This document shows positions 15,231 to 23,154 of a stretch of 26,245 nucleotides of DNA, one piece after another; position 1 is the first letter of the stretch, and each line of letters begins with the position of its first letter. This stretch comes from a virus (Duplodnaviria; Heunggongvirae; Uroviricota; Caudoviricetes), in the IMG/VR virus record IMGVR_UViG_3300005399_000003; one strand, written 5' to 3'. The translations under genes were made by a program, and so were the position numbers. Below the pieces are notes generated by a model. That model saw only the letters and a program-made list of their open reading frames with translations. It did no database searches and was not told the origin of the DNA.

Positions 15231-17963
15231 ATGACAGAAGAAACAGTGGAAGAGTTCGAAGCAGAGGCGACATTCGACTTCGACGAAGCATTCCAGCTCA
15301 AGGTGGCGGCTCTCTGCACGCGGGACGTAATGTTCAATGTGCGCACGAGTGGCCTGATCGAGCCAGGCTATTTCGAGAACGCAGCACATGGCACGATCGT
15401 GGGTCTGGTGAGCAATCACTATGACACCTACAAGACCGTGCCCTCGACAGTGGTGCTTGCGAAGCTGATCAAAGATGCGGTCGCATCGAAGATCATTCGC
15501 GAAGATATGCTGCCGGATGTCAAAACGGAGCTGGGCAAGATCCTCCGGGCTGATCTTAGCGATCGGGACTATGTGGTTGATCAAGTCGCAACCTTCGCCC
15601 GACATCAGGCGATCTACAACGCGATGATCAAGTCCAGCAGCTATCTGGAGAAGAATGACTTCGACCAGATTGAAGCTCAGATGGGCAAGGCGATCATGGT
15701 GGGCGCCAATGACGCAAGCGAAGCCCACGACCTTTTTCTCGACATTGAAGCCCGGGCGGAGATGCGTAAAGAGATTGCGGCGGGCACACGCAAGCGGGCC
15801 GTGACATCAGGCTATCGAGAGTTTGACGATGCCACAGCTGACGGCGGCTTCACCCGCGGCGAACTGTCAGTCCTCATGGGCCCGGCGAAAATGGGCAAAT
15901 GCGTAACAGGCGACACGCTGATCATCACCGAAGACGGGATGGTGCGTATCGACGACTATCTGCCCCCTGACATGCCAACAGGCGCAATGGATGCGATCGA
16001 CATCGGCATTCTGGGAAAAGACGGCGCTGAACGTGCAAGCCACATCTACAACAGCGGTGTGCGAAAGACCCGCCGGATCAGAACCCGTCGCGGCTATGAG
16101 ATTGAAGGCAGTCTCAATCACCCCATGATGGTTATGACCAAAAACGGTCTCGATTGGGTCAATCTCGAAGATGTTCGCAAAGGCGATGCGATGGCTGTCC
16201 AGCGCGGGGAATTGCGTTTTGGACATCACGTTGATCTGATCCCGGCGCGCAATGCCACGTTCGATTGGATCGAATTCAGCCCAAGGCGGGGAACGCACAA
16301 TCTGATCAAACTTCCCGTTGCGATGACGCCCGATTTAGCGGAGCTTCTGGGCATGATTGTTGCCGAGGGGCATGTTGCCATAAAGGACGCACTTGTCACC
16401 TTTACGCAGAAGGACGAAAGCATTCTGCGGCGATACTGCGAACTCATGCACCGACACTTTGGGCTTGAGCCGACGGTCAGCAAGGGGGATCGGGCCTTTG
16501 AGGCGCGTGTCTATAACCGCATGCTGCAAGTCTTCCTCGACAAGCTCGGACTGCCCGCGACACTCTCTGCCCAGAAGGAAATCCCAAAGAGCATCAGGCG
16601 CGCTCCCTATGGCGTTGTGAAGCGCTTTCTGGAGACTGTCATGGGTCTGGAAGGGTCTGTCGTCACAGCCCCGTCAGGCAAGCTCTCATATCATCTGACG
16701 ATGGCATCGAAGGAGCTGATGCGACAGGTGCATCTGCAACTGCTCAACTTCGGCATTGTCTGCAAGATGCGGCTCAAGCCCGGGTGTGCAACAAACGGCA
16801 CAGGTATCATGCGGGAATACTGGCACATCGAAGTGGCAGGGCAACACAATCTGCAACTGCTTGCGGAGATTGGGCTCTATGAGCCGCGCAAGACGAAAGC
16901 TCTGAAGGAAGGGCTGACGGGTATTGACGCAACAGCACAAGACCGCATCCCCAATGCCGCTGCAAAAGTCACCAAGATCATGCAGGAGATGATGGCGGCC
17001 GGCATTAAGCTGAAACGTGATGTGCCACCGACGCTCTGCAAACAGCTCTATGCCGTGAAATCTGGAAGACGGCACCTGAGCTATGTCATCGCCGATCAGC
17101 TGTCTGAGTTCATCGGGGATAGGGTGATGGGCGAGGGAGTCACATGGCTGCGCGATACATTGCGACAGGGCTATGCCTATGACGAGATCGTGGAGATTGT
17201 CGAGGGCGAGGCGCAGACGATGGATATCTCTGTACCTGAGACCAACAGCTTTTGGGCAAATGGCCTGATCAGTCACAACTCCTTCGGGCTATTGAATTTC
17301 GCGGTGAATGCGATCAAGGCGCGTTTCAACGTGCTGTTTATCTCGCTCGAAAACAGCGTCGAGGTGACGACCAATCGGGCAGAGGCGTATCTGTCAGGCA
17401 TCCCAACCCGCGATCTGAATGATCACATCGACGAAGTGGCACAGAAGGTGCGCGCGGCTCTTGAGGGGCGCGGGACAATGAAGGTGCATCGCTTTGCGAC
17501 CAACTCATTCTCCCCGCGTGACCTCAAGCGATTGATCGAGCGCTACCGCGCGCAGGGCATGCTCTTCGATATGGTCGTGATCGACTATTGGGACATTATG
17601 AAGCCGCCCATCCGCTACAAGGATGACAAGATCTCCGAAAGCCGCGAGATCGGCGTCGAGCTGCGTCAGATCGCGATGGAAGAGGACATCGCAATGCTCA
17701 CAGCGGTGCAGACGAACCGCGAGGGGTACAAGGCCAAGACTGCGAAAGCTGATCACGTCGCCGAAGACTTCAACAAGGTGCGTCTCGCTGACTTCCTGTT
17801 CTCAATCAACGCGACAGATCAAGAAAAGGCCGACAAGGTTGCACGGCTCTATTTCGCTGCCGTGCGTAACGCAGAGGGCGGCTACGAGCGCACGGTGCAT
17901 CAAGACTTGGCGCGCGCCACCTTCATCAAGAAGTTTGAGCCAAAGGGGTCTTACGGTGAGTGA
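15231..17963 (+). CDS. dnaB: DnaB-like (SF4) replicative helicase precursor containing an intein
   Basis: Walker A GPAKMGK/S is split by an intein. Also FISLENS, VVIDYWD and TAVQTNREG motifs. The spliced product would be 450 aa (910 minus 460). Confidence 0.92.
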   Translation: MTEETVEEFEAEATFDFDEAFQLKVAALCTRDVMFNVRTSGLIEPGYFENAAHGTIVGLVSNHYDTYKTVPSTVVLAKLIKDAVASKIIREDMLPDVKTELGKILRADLSDRDYVVDQVATFARHQAIYNAMIKSSSYLEKNDFDQIEAQMGKAIMVGANDASEAHDLFLDIEARAEMRKEIAAGTRKRAVTSGYREFDDATADGGFTRGELSVLMGPAKMGKCVTGDTLIITEDGMVRIDDYLPPDMPTGAMDAIDIGILGKDGAERASHIYNSGVRKTRRIRTRRGYEIEGSLNHPMMVMTKNGLDWVNLEDVRKGDAMAVQRGELRFGHHVDLIPARNATFDWIEFSPRRGTHNLIKLPVAMTPDLAELLGMIVAEGHVAIKDALVTFTQKDESILRRYCELMHRHFGLEPTVSKGDRAFEARVYNRMLQVFLDKLGLPATLSAQKEIPKSIRRAPYGVVKRFLETVMGLEGSVVTAPSGKLSYHLTMASKELMRQVHLQLLNFGIVCKMRLKPGCATNGTGIMREYWHIEVAGQHNLQLLAEIGLYEPRKTKALKEGLTGIDATAQDRIPNAAAKVTKIMQEMMAAGIKLKRDVPPTLCKQLYAVKSGRRHLSYVIADQLSEFIGDRVMGEGVTWLRDTLRQGYAYDEIVEIVEGEAQTMDISVPETNSFWANGLISHNSFGLLNFAVNAIKARFNVLFISLENSVEVTTNRAEAYLSGIPTRDLNDHIDEVAQKVRAALEGRGTMKVHRFATNSFSPRDLKRLIERYRAQGMLFDMVVIDYWDIMKPPIRYKDDKISESREIGVELRQIAMEEDIAMLTAVQTNREGYKAKTAKADHVAEDFNKVRLADFLFSINATDQEKADKVARLYFAAVRNAEGGYERTVHQDLARATFIKKFEPKGSYGE
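15900..17279 (+). mobile_element. Intein with LAGLIDADG homing endonuclease (460 aa)
   Basis: N-terminal Cys (CVTGDTLI), block B (GSLNHPM), endonuclease motifs LLGMIVAEG and FLETVMGLEG, block H (SKELMRQVHLQLLNFGI), and C-terminal FWANGLISHN followed by Ser as the +1 residue. Confidence 0.95.
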
Positions 17964-19038
17964 GATTGACGATCTTCTGGAGAGCATTCTGCTTGAGGAT
18001 GTGCTTGAGCGTGAGGGCATGGACTACGGCACAGGCTCGGGCAGTCGTGGCGAGCAGCTGAACATCAAGGAGTGCCCTTTCTGTGGCGGGGACGACTGGA
18101 AAGTCTATGCCAACCGCGACAGCGGCTTGGGCAACTGCTTTCACGGCTCATGCCAAGAGACGTTCAATCTCTACAAGTTCACGCGACAGGTGGTCGAGAA
18201 TAGCGGCGGCGGCAGTGCCGTCGCTTATCTCAACAAGCTCGCGATGGAGATGGGTTGGCGGCCGGCAGCGCGTGAGCGGGTCGATGTCGAGACCTATGAT
18301 GCAACAGATTGGGAGCTTCCGGGCGGCACGATCAAGCTGCCCGACCGCAAGGGCAACATGCTACCCTATCTCACAGAGCGCGGCGTCGATGCAGAGACAG
18401 CGGAATGGTTCGATCTGCGCTACTGCCATGATGGGTGGTACAAATACACCAAAGTCGGCGGCGAGGAGGGCTTCATGCCTTTCAAGAAGCGCGTGATCTT
18501 CCCCATTCACGACCTTGACGGCACGATGGTGAACTTTCAGGGCCGCGACATCACGGGCAAGGCAGACAGCAAATACATCTTCCCACCCAGGCTGCCCGGG
18601 ACAGGGCGTTTCCTCTACAACGGACATCGCTTTGGGCGAAAGAAGCGGGCGCTGCTCTGCGAGGGCGTCATGGACGTGATCGGGGCGCATAAGGCGCTGG
18701 AGTCGCACAAAGAGATCGGCATCTTAGGCAGCTTCGGCATGCATCTGTCGTCGGGTGATGATGGCAATGATCAGATGTCGCGCTTTCTGGAGCTGAAGGC
18801 GAGGGGTCTCGAAGAAGTGACGATCATGTGGGATGGCGAGAGGAAAGCCTACAAGGCAGCTGTGAAAGCCGCACGCACCCTCTGCGGCATAGGGATCAAG
18901 GGAAAGGTCGCGATGCTGCCTGCGGGCAAAGACCCCGGCGAAGCGCGGGCTGCCGAGATTATCAGCGCCTATGAGAAGGCGGTCTCAGCGAGCGGTAGCG
19001 GGGGCTTGGCGCTGACTTTGAAATGCCCGTATAAGTAA
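17956..19038 (+). CDS. DNA primase (Zn finger + TOPRIM)
   Basis: The start is placed at GTG 17956, overlapping the helicase stop. Zn finger CPFCGG…CFHGSC, RVIFPIHDLDG…FQGR, and TOPRIM motifs LCEGVMD and MWDGE…DPG. Confidence 0.9.
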   Translation: MSEIDDLLESILLEDVLEREGMDYGTGSGSRGEQLNIKECPFCGGDDWKVYANRDSGLGNCFHGSCQETFNLYKFTRQVVENSGGGSAVAYLNKLAMEMGWRPAARERVDVETYDATDWELPGGTIKLPDRKGNMLPYLTERGVDAETAEWFDLRYCHDGWYKYTKVGGEEGFMPFKKRVIFPIHDLDGTMVNFQGRDITGKADSKYIFPPRLPGTGRFLYNGHRFGRKKRALLCEGVMDVIGAHKALESHKEIGILGSFGMHLSSGDDGNDQMSRFLELKARGLEEVTIMWDGERKAYKAAVKAARTLCGIGIKGKVAMLPAGKDPGEARAAEIISAYEKAVSASGSGGLALTLKCPYK

Positions 19039-19064
19039 GTCACTATTGATCTACCTGCTATCGT
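19036..19064 (+). promoter_or_regulatory. Operator plus extended -10-like element
   Basis: TAAGTCA-CTAT-TGATCTA (19036-19053; left arm perfect, right arm two mismatches), followed by TGCTATCGT (19056-19064). Confidence 0.5.
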
Positions 19065-19099
19065 GTTCTACGAATGATTCGAGAGACGAGGGGAAGACG

Positions 19100-19693
19100 A
19101 TGATGGAAATGCTGCCGCCGAGAGCTGAGGGGCTGGTCAAGAGCATGCTTGAGAGTGCCAAGAGGCAGATCGAGCGTAATCTCACCGATATGTACGGTAC
19201 AGTCCCGCCCATCACGGACAGTCACACGGTAAGAGCGACGCTCACGAACGACACGGCGGGAATGAGAAAGAGACTGAACCTCTCGGCTGAGGTTCACTTC
19301 CGGATCGAACAGCATCGCACTGAAATGGAGCCTCTCGCGCTCGCTGATTCCGACCGTCTTCGTCCTGTATCCCCTGTAATAAAGACAGAAACGCTCTCGT
19401 CCTACACCTGTGACTTCGCATTGGAAGTCTGGCTCGATGACATGGAGATCGCGTCAAGCGAAGGCATGGCATGGAATAAGGTGATGGAGAGCATGGAGGT
19501 TAAACTTCATCAGATCGAAGGCGAAATCGTACCCACTGCCAGTGATGATTTGAGAAGCGAGAAAACAGCCCACCACAAACTCGGTAGGACACAAGAGACT
19601 GTTGCCCCACCAAGACCCAAAGCGCATTCTAAACCCACAGCAAAGAAGAGCGCCCCTAAAGTGACCCACGACGAGGGTTTCGGCGCGTGGTGA
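19100..19693 (+). CDS. Phage hypothetical protein
   Basis: The start is placed at ATG 19100 behind GAGGGGAAG. 197 aa with a Lys/Pro-rich tail ending in GFGAW. Confidence 0.7.
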   Translation: MMEMLPPRAEGLVKSMLESAKRQIERNLTDMYGTVPPITDSHTVRATLTNDTAGMRKRLNLSAEVHFRIEQHRTEMEPLALADSDRLRPVSPVIKTETLSSYTCDFALEVWLDDMEIASSEGMAWNKVMESMEVKLHQIEGEIVPTASDDLRSEKTAHHKLGRTQETVAPPRPKAHSKPTAKKSAPKVTHDEGFGAW

Positions 19694-19697
19694 GGGA

Positions 19698-19715
19698 GAA
19701 GTCAGCAGTGACGAA
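19698..19715 (+). promoter_or_regulatory. Palindromic operator overlapping a GTG start codon
   Basis: GAAGTCA-GCAG-TGACGAA covers the GTG at 19708-19710. Confidence 0.6.
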
Positions 19716-20337
19716 CCACTATACATTCGATTGCCCTGTGACACAGAGCGCAGCGAAGCTGGAGGATTGTGAACGCCGGCATAATGCCGCGATGCAGGGC
19801 AAGCACAGCGAAATCGAGCCGAAGATATGCGCGGTCGCGCATCAATGCTGGATGTGCCCGGTACGCAATGCCTTTCGCGTGGGCGGCCCGTGGAGCAAGC
19901 CTGGCAGCAAGCCGCATTGGGACAGCCCTCGGGAGGGGGTCGCCAAGCTGCCGTCGCAGATCACGGGTTACGCCCTGCGGCATACGCTGCCCAATGAGAA
20001 CGACTATCGCCGCGCGGGTATCTTCGAGGGGCCGATCTACAACGATCACCTGATGAAGCTGCAAGGGGTCGCGGCGTCAGCGGCGCCCAAGCCCCAGCCC
20101 AAGGCGAGCAAGCCCGCGCCCAAGCGTAAAGCGAAGCCCAAGAGCAACCTTGATGCGCTCGATCAGGTCGAGACGAACAGCATGAGCAAAGCGGTCACAG
20201 AAGCCGTTGCAGCTGAGAAGGCAAAGCCCAAAGCCGCCCCGCAGCCAAAGCTCAAGGCAGAGAAGCCCGCGGCCCCGGGCAAGAAACTGTCGCTCGCGGA
20301 GCGCGCCAAACTGATGAAGCAAAGGAAGTCGGCATGA
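19708..20337 (+). CDS. Cys-rich N-terminal domain + Lys/Ala/Pro-rich tail; hypothetical protein
   Basis: GAGGGAG RBS 9 nt before GTG 19708. Five Cys lie in the first ~50 aa (CPVT…CERRH…CAVAHQCWMC). The C-terminal half is low-complexity and basic (PKPQPKASKPAPKRKAKPK). Confidence 0.72.
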   Translation: MTNHYTFDCPVTQSAAKLEDCERRHNAAMQGKHSEIEPKICAVAHQCWMCPVRNAFRVGGPWSKPGSKPHWDSPREGVAKLPSQITGYALRHTLPNENDYRRAGIFEGPIYNDHLMKLQGVAASAAPKPQPKASKPAPKRKAKPKSNLDALDQVETNSMSKAVTEAVAAEKAKPKAAPQPKLKAEKPAAPGKKLSLAERAKLMKQRKSA

Positions 20338-20873
20338 GCATCGGGGAATTTCTGAACAACTGGCGCGATCGCGTGCGGCGTCTCGATCAGAAGCATTACG
20401 GCAAGCGCGAAGTCGAGGAGATGCTCAACAACGCTATTTCCAAGCTCGAAGACGCTGGCGTGCCCGACATGTCTGAGACATGCCGCGGACCCATTCAGAT
20501 CGAGACGCTCAGACGCGGAGATGTGTTCATTCACAAGCTGATCGGCGGCAAAGTGCGCCCGTGGATCGTGCTGAAGGACAAAGGTGAGTTCGTCATCGCG
20601 GTGTCGATGTCGTCCAGCGAATGCATTCCCGGCGCCATTAAGTCGAAGTGCCGGCTCTGGCCGAACTCCTGGATCACCCCGACGATCACCACAGTGAGCA
20701 AGGAGTTCGCCCTGAAAGAGGTGACGCGACCTTACACAGATCACGCGCATTTGGAGAAGATCGAGCAGGACATCATGCGGACATTTGAGCCGCAGCGTAT
20801 CACGTCCATCGCTCAAATTCTCCAGCGCATGAGACCAGCAGGGGGCGAAGGCCCTGTTGTAACCCAACCATGA
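20334..20873 (+). CDS. Protein with a PemK/MazF-like motif pattern
   Basis: LRRGDVFI…GGKVRPWIVL…VIAVSMSS parallels the PemK/MazF pattern (RGD…RP.LV…V.V.P.TS). It has a ~50-aa N-terminal helical extension and an ATGA overlap with the upstream gene. Confidence 0.55.
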   Translation: MSIGEFLNNWRDRVRRLDQKHYGKREVEEMLNNAISKLEDAGVPDMSETCRGPIQIETLRRGDVFIHKLIGGKVRPWIVLKDKGEFVIAVSMSSSECIPGAIKSKCRLWPNSWITPTITTVSKEFALKEVTRPYTDHAHLEKIEQDIMRTFEPQRITSIAQILQRMRPAGGEGPVVTQP

Positions 20874-20892
20874 ACAGAGGAATGATTCACCA

Positions 20893-22275
20893 ATGACTGA
20901 CCGAATTTCGGACATCATCGACGAGCTGAATGCCAATAACGGCACCAACTACAAGATGGACGTGCTCAAGAAGCACAAGGACAACACGTTGCTCCAGCGC
21001 GTGTTGAAGATGACCTACGACAAGGCGACATTCACATACGGCGTCTCCCTGCGCTCGATCGGCAATGTCGAAGAGGCCAAGGGCGTGATGACGCTCGAAG
21101 AGGCGCTCGACATCCTCGAATGGGAGCTTTCGACCCGTGAAGTGACGGGCAACTCTGCCATTGAGCGCCTGCAAGGCGTCGCCGAAGCCCTCGACCTTTG
21201 GGATCAGGGCGTCTTCTTGAAGGTCATCAACCGCGATCTGCGCATCAACATGGGCCGCAGCAACATCAACAAGGTGTTCAAGGGCCTGATCGTGAAGCCG
21301 ATCTACATGCGCTGCGGCGTCTACAACGAGAAGACGGCGAAGAAGTTCAACCCCGAAGGCGCCTTCGTGCAGCTGAAGGCAGATGGCACCTATCGTGAGT
21401 TCCTGGTCGAGAACGGCAAGGTTAACTGCGTCTCCCGGCAGGGTGAAGAATACATCTATCCTGAGATCGAAGAGGCGCTGCGCGAAACAGGCGTCGATGC
21501 CGCCTTCTTTGGCGAGCTGACCGTCTATCGCGACGGCAAGCTGCTCGATCGTGCCACGGGCAACGGCATTCTGCGCAAGAATGAAATCCCCGATGACTGC
21601 AAGGTCGTCTTCGATTGCTGGGACGTGGTCTCGCTCAAGGAATACAACAACGCCATCAACAAGGTGAAGGGTACAACGCCCTATGTAAACCGTTGGACGG
21701 TGGTACAGAAGCTGTTCCCCGACCACACGCATGACCCCTGCGCATCTGGCGCGACCCCTGTGCGTGCCATCGAGTGCATTGAGGTCAACGACATGAGCGA
21801 GGCCCTCAAGTTCACCGCAGAGGTGATGAACCGCGGGCTTGAAGGCACGATCATCAAAGAGCGCAATGCGATCTTCCGCGATGGCACGAACCCGAGCCAG
21901 CTCAAGCTCAAGCTGGAGATTGACGTGGATGTGCGCATCACGGGCTTTCACGAAGGCACGCCAGGCACAGTGCGTGAGAAGACCTTCGGCGCCATGACTT
22001 TCGAGACAGATGACGGGCAGATCAAGGGCCGCACATCGGGCTTCAACAACGCGCAGCTGGAAGACTTCAACAGCCGCCGCGAGGAGCTGATCGGACAGAT
22101 CATGACAGTGACCTGCAACGACATCACCAAGGGCCGTGACAACGACTATTACGCGCTCAGTCACCCGCGCTTTGTGGAGATCCGCACAGACAAGTCGGAG
22201 ACAGACACACTGGAGCGCGCACTCGACACCAAAGCGATGGCGATGATGGTCGATAAGCAAGCAGAGGCTGCGTAA
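20893..22275 (+). CDS. ATP-dependent DNA ligase (T4-like)
   Basis: Motif I QLKADG (adenylated Lys), III FFGEL, IIIa FDCW, IV EGTIIK, V KLK, and a C-terminal OB-fold ending in HPRFVEIRTDK. Confidence 0.95.
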   Translation: MTDRISDIIDELNANNGTNYKMDVLKKHKDNTLLQRVLKMTYDKATFTYGVSLRSIGNVEEAKGVMTLEEALDILEWELSTREVTGNSAIERLQGVAEALDLWDQGVFLKVINRDLRINMGRSNINKVFKGLIVKPIYMRCGVYNEKTAKKFNPEGAFVQLKADGTYREFLVENGKVNCVSRQGEEYIYPEIEEALRETGVDAAFFGELTVYRDGKLLDRATGNGILRKNEIPDDCKVVFDCWDVVSLKEYNNAINKVKGTTPYVNRWTVVQKLFPDHTHDPCASGATPVRAIECIEVNDMSEALKFTAEVMNRGLEGTIIKERNAIFRDGTNPSQLKLKLEIDVDVRITGFHEGTPGTVREKTFGAMTFETDDGQIKGRTSGFNNAQLEDFNSRREELIGQIMTVTCNDITKGRDNDYYALSHPRFVEIRTDKSETDTLERALDTKAMAMMVDKQAEAA

Positions 22276-22280
22276 GCGCC

Positions 22281-22289
22281 TGCTATAAT
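22281..22289 (+). promoter_or_regulatory. Extended -10 promoter TGCTATAAT
   Basis: Perfect TGn-TATAAT 5 nt after the ligase stop. The predicted TSS near 22296 coincides with the start of hairpin 1. No operator palindrome is present here. Confidence 0.7.
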
Positions 22290-22295
22290 AAGCAT

Positions 22296-22375
22296 ACTCG
22301 GGCAGCCCTTTCTCTCGTTCTCCTGCCCGAGACCAGCGCGCCCGATCCTTCCCCTCACCCCAATCGGGCGCGCGC
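22296..22375 (+). ncRNA. Candidate twin-hairpin structured RNA (5' leader or sRNA) with pyrimidine-rich loops
   Basis: A 9-bp stem (22297-22305/22323-22331) with loop CCCTTTCTCTCGTTCTC, and an 11-bp stem (22336-22346/22363-22373) with loop CCTTCCCCTCACCCCA. No U-tract follows. Confidence 0.55.
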
Positions 22376-22397
22376 CTTAACTCCCAAAGAGAAAGCC

Positions 22398-22607
22398 ATG
22401 TCAGATCAAGACACCTTCAAATCCGTCTCTGTAGCAGCCCTTCGCTACATGCACGCCATGATCGCCAAAAACGCGCTTGAGGACGATGATCTGCTCCCCG
22501 TCTTCGCTGAGATGGACGCGCAACTTGCGGAATACGAGGCCACCCGGCCCAAGGACAGCGCCATCGAGCGCGCCCGGGCCAAGCTGCGCATGAAGAGGTC
22601 AGCATGA
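22398..22607 (+). CDS. Small helical hypothetical protein (69 aa)
   Basis: First ORF after the structured leader. ATGA-coupled to the next gene. Confidence 0.7.
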   Translation: MSDQDTFKSVSVAALRYMHAMIAKNALEDDDLLPVFAEMDAQLAEYEATRPKDSAIERARAKLRMKRSA

Positions 22608-22786
22608 GCGCGCGGGACCATGAGTGCCCGCGCTGCCATGACGACGCATACAGCCCCGGTGAGGGGTGCTGCTACAACTGCGGCTATGAGCTCCACGGAT
22701 GGCTCAAAGACCTAATCCCCGCCTTGTTGCTGGTTCTGCTGGGCGGGTTTGCATTCAGCATTGCAATCAACTGGACATTCAAATGA
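22604..22786 (+). CDS. Small Zn-ribbon + transmembrane protein (60 aa)
   Basis: CPRC…CCYNC followed by the hydrophobic segment LIPALLLVLLGGFAFSIAINW. ATGA overlaps on both sides. Confidence 0.7.
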   Translation: MSARDHECPRCHDDAYSPGEGCCYNCGYELHGWLKDLIPALLLVLLGGFAFSIAINWTFK

Positions 22787-23154
22787 CCCCGAAACAATCA
22801 CTGATCATCGAGGCCCTGCGCTTCGCAAACTGGGCGGCAGGGCAGGGGATCGTCCCTGACGACGACCAAGATGTCACCGCGCCCGAAGACTTCCTGATGC
22901 AGTACAGCAAGGAGACAGGCGACGAAGATTGGGAGACCTTTGCCGAGCGCATTGGCGGAAACCTACATATCGCCGGCATTGAGAGCATGACGCTTGAGGA
23001 GCTGGAGCAAGAGCGAGAGGCTTGGCTGAAGGTCTGCCGAATGCCTGTTGGGCCAGATGGCCCCGGCAACGACGCGCGTCGCGCCGCAGGCAACTCCTTC
23101 GATCTGCTCGATGCGTTTGTCTACCGCCGCAAGATGGAAGCGGGGTTGATATGA
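22783..23154 (+). CDS. Acidic hypothetical protein (123 aa)
   Basis: The start is placed at ATG 22783 (ATGA overlap), not 22699. The stop overlaps the next start. Confidence 0.7.
   Translation: MTPKQSLIIEALRFANWAAGQGIVPDDDQDVTAPEDFLMQYSKETGDEDWETFAERIGGNLHIAGIESMTLEELEQEREAWLKVCRMPVGPDGPGNDARRAAGNSFDLLDAFVYRRKMEAGLI

Noticed and set aside
17623-17955. N-terminal extensions given by the ORF track for the primase, and likewise for 2889, 9835, 13634, 19046, 19687, 22699 and 23022
   Set aside because: The extensions overlap upstream genes or regulatory sites. Downstream starts with an RBS or stop/start coupling fit better.
20887-22260. 457-aa ORF on the minus strand opposite the ligase, and similar long antisense ORFs (5232-6389, 1705-2433, 10672-11385, 24081-24686)
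   Set aside because: These are shadow frames of well-supported genes caused by GC-biased codon usage. They have no motifs, RBS or operon context.
20325-22607. AAGTCGGCATGA (about 20326) and AGGTCAGCATGA (about 22596) at coupled gene junctions, similar to the operator left arm
   Set aside because: There is no matching right arm at the correct spacing. Both are explained by an RBS plus an ATGA overlap.
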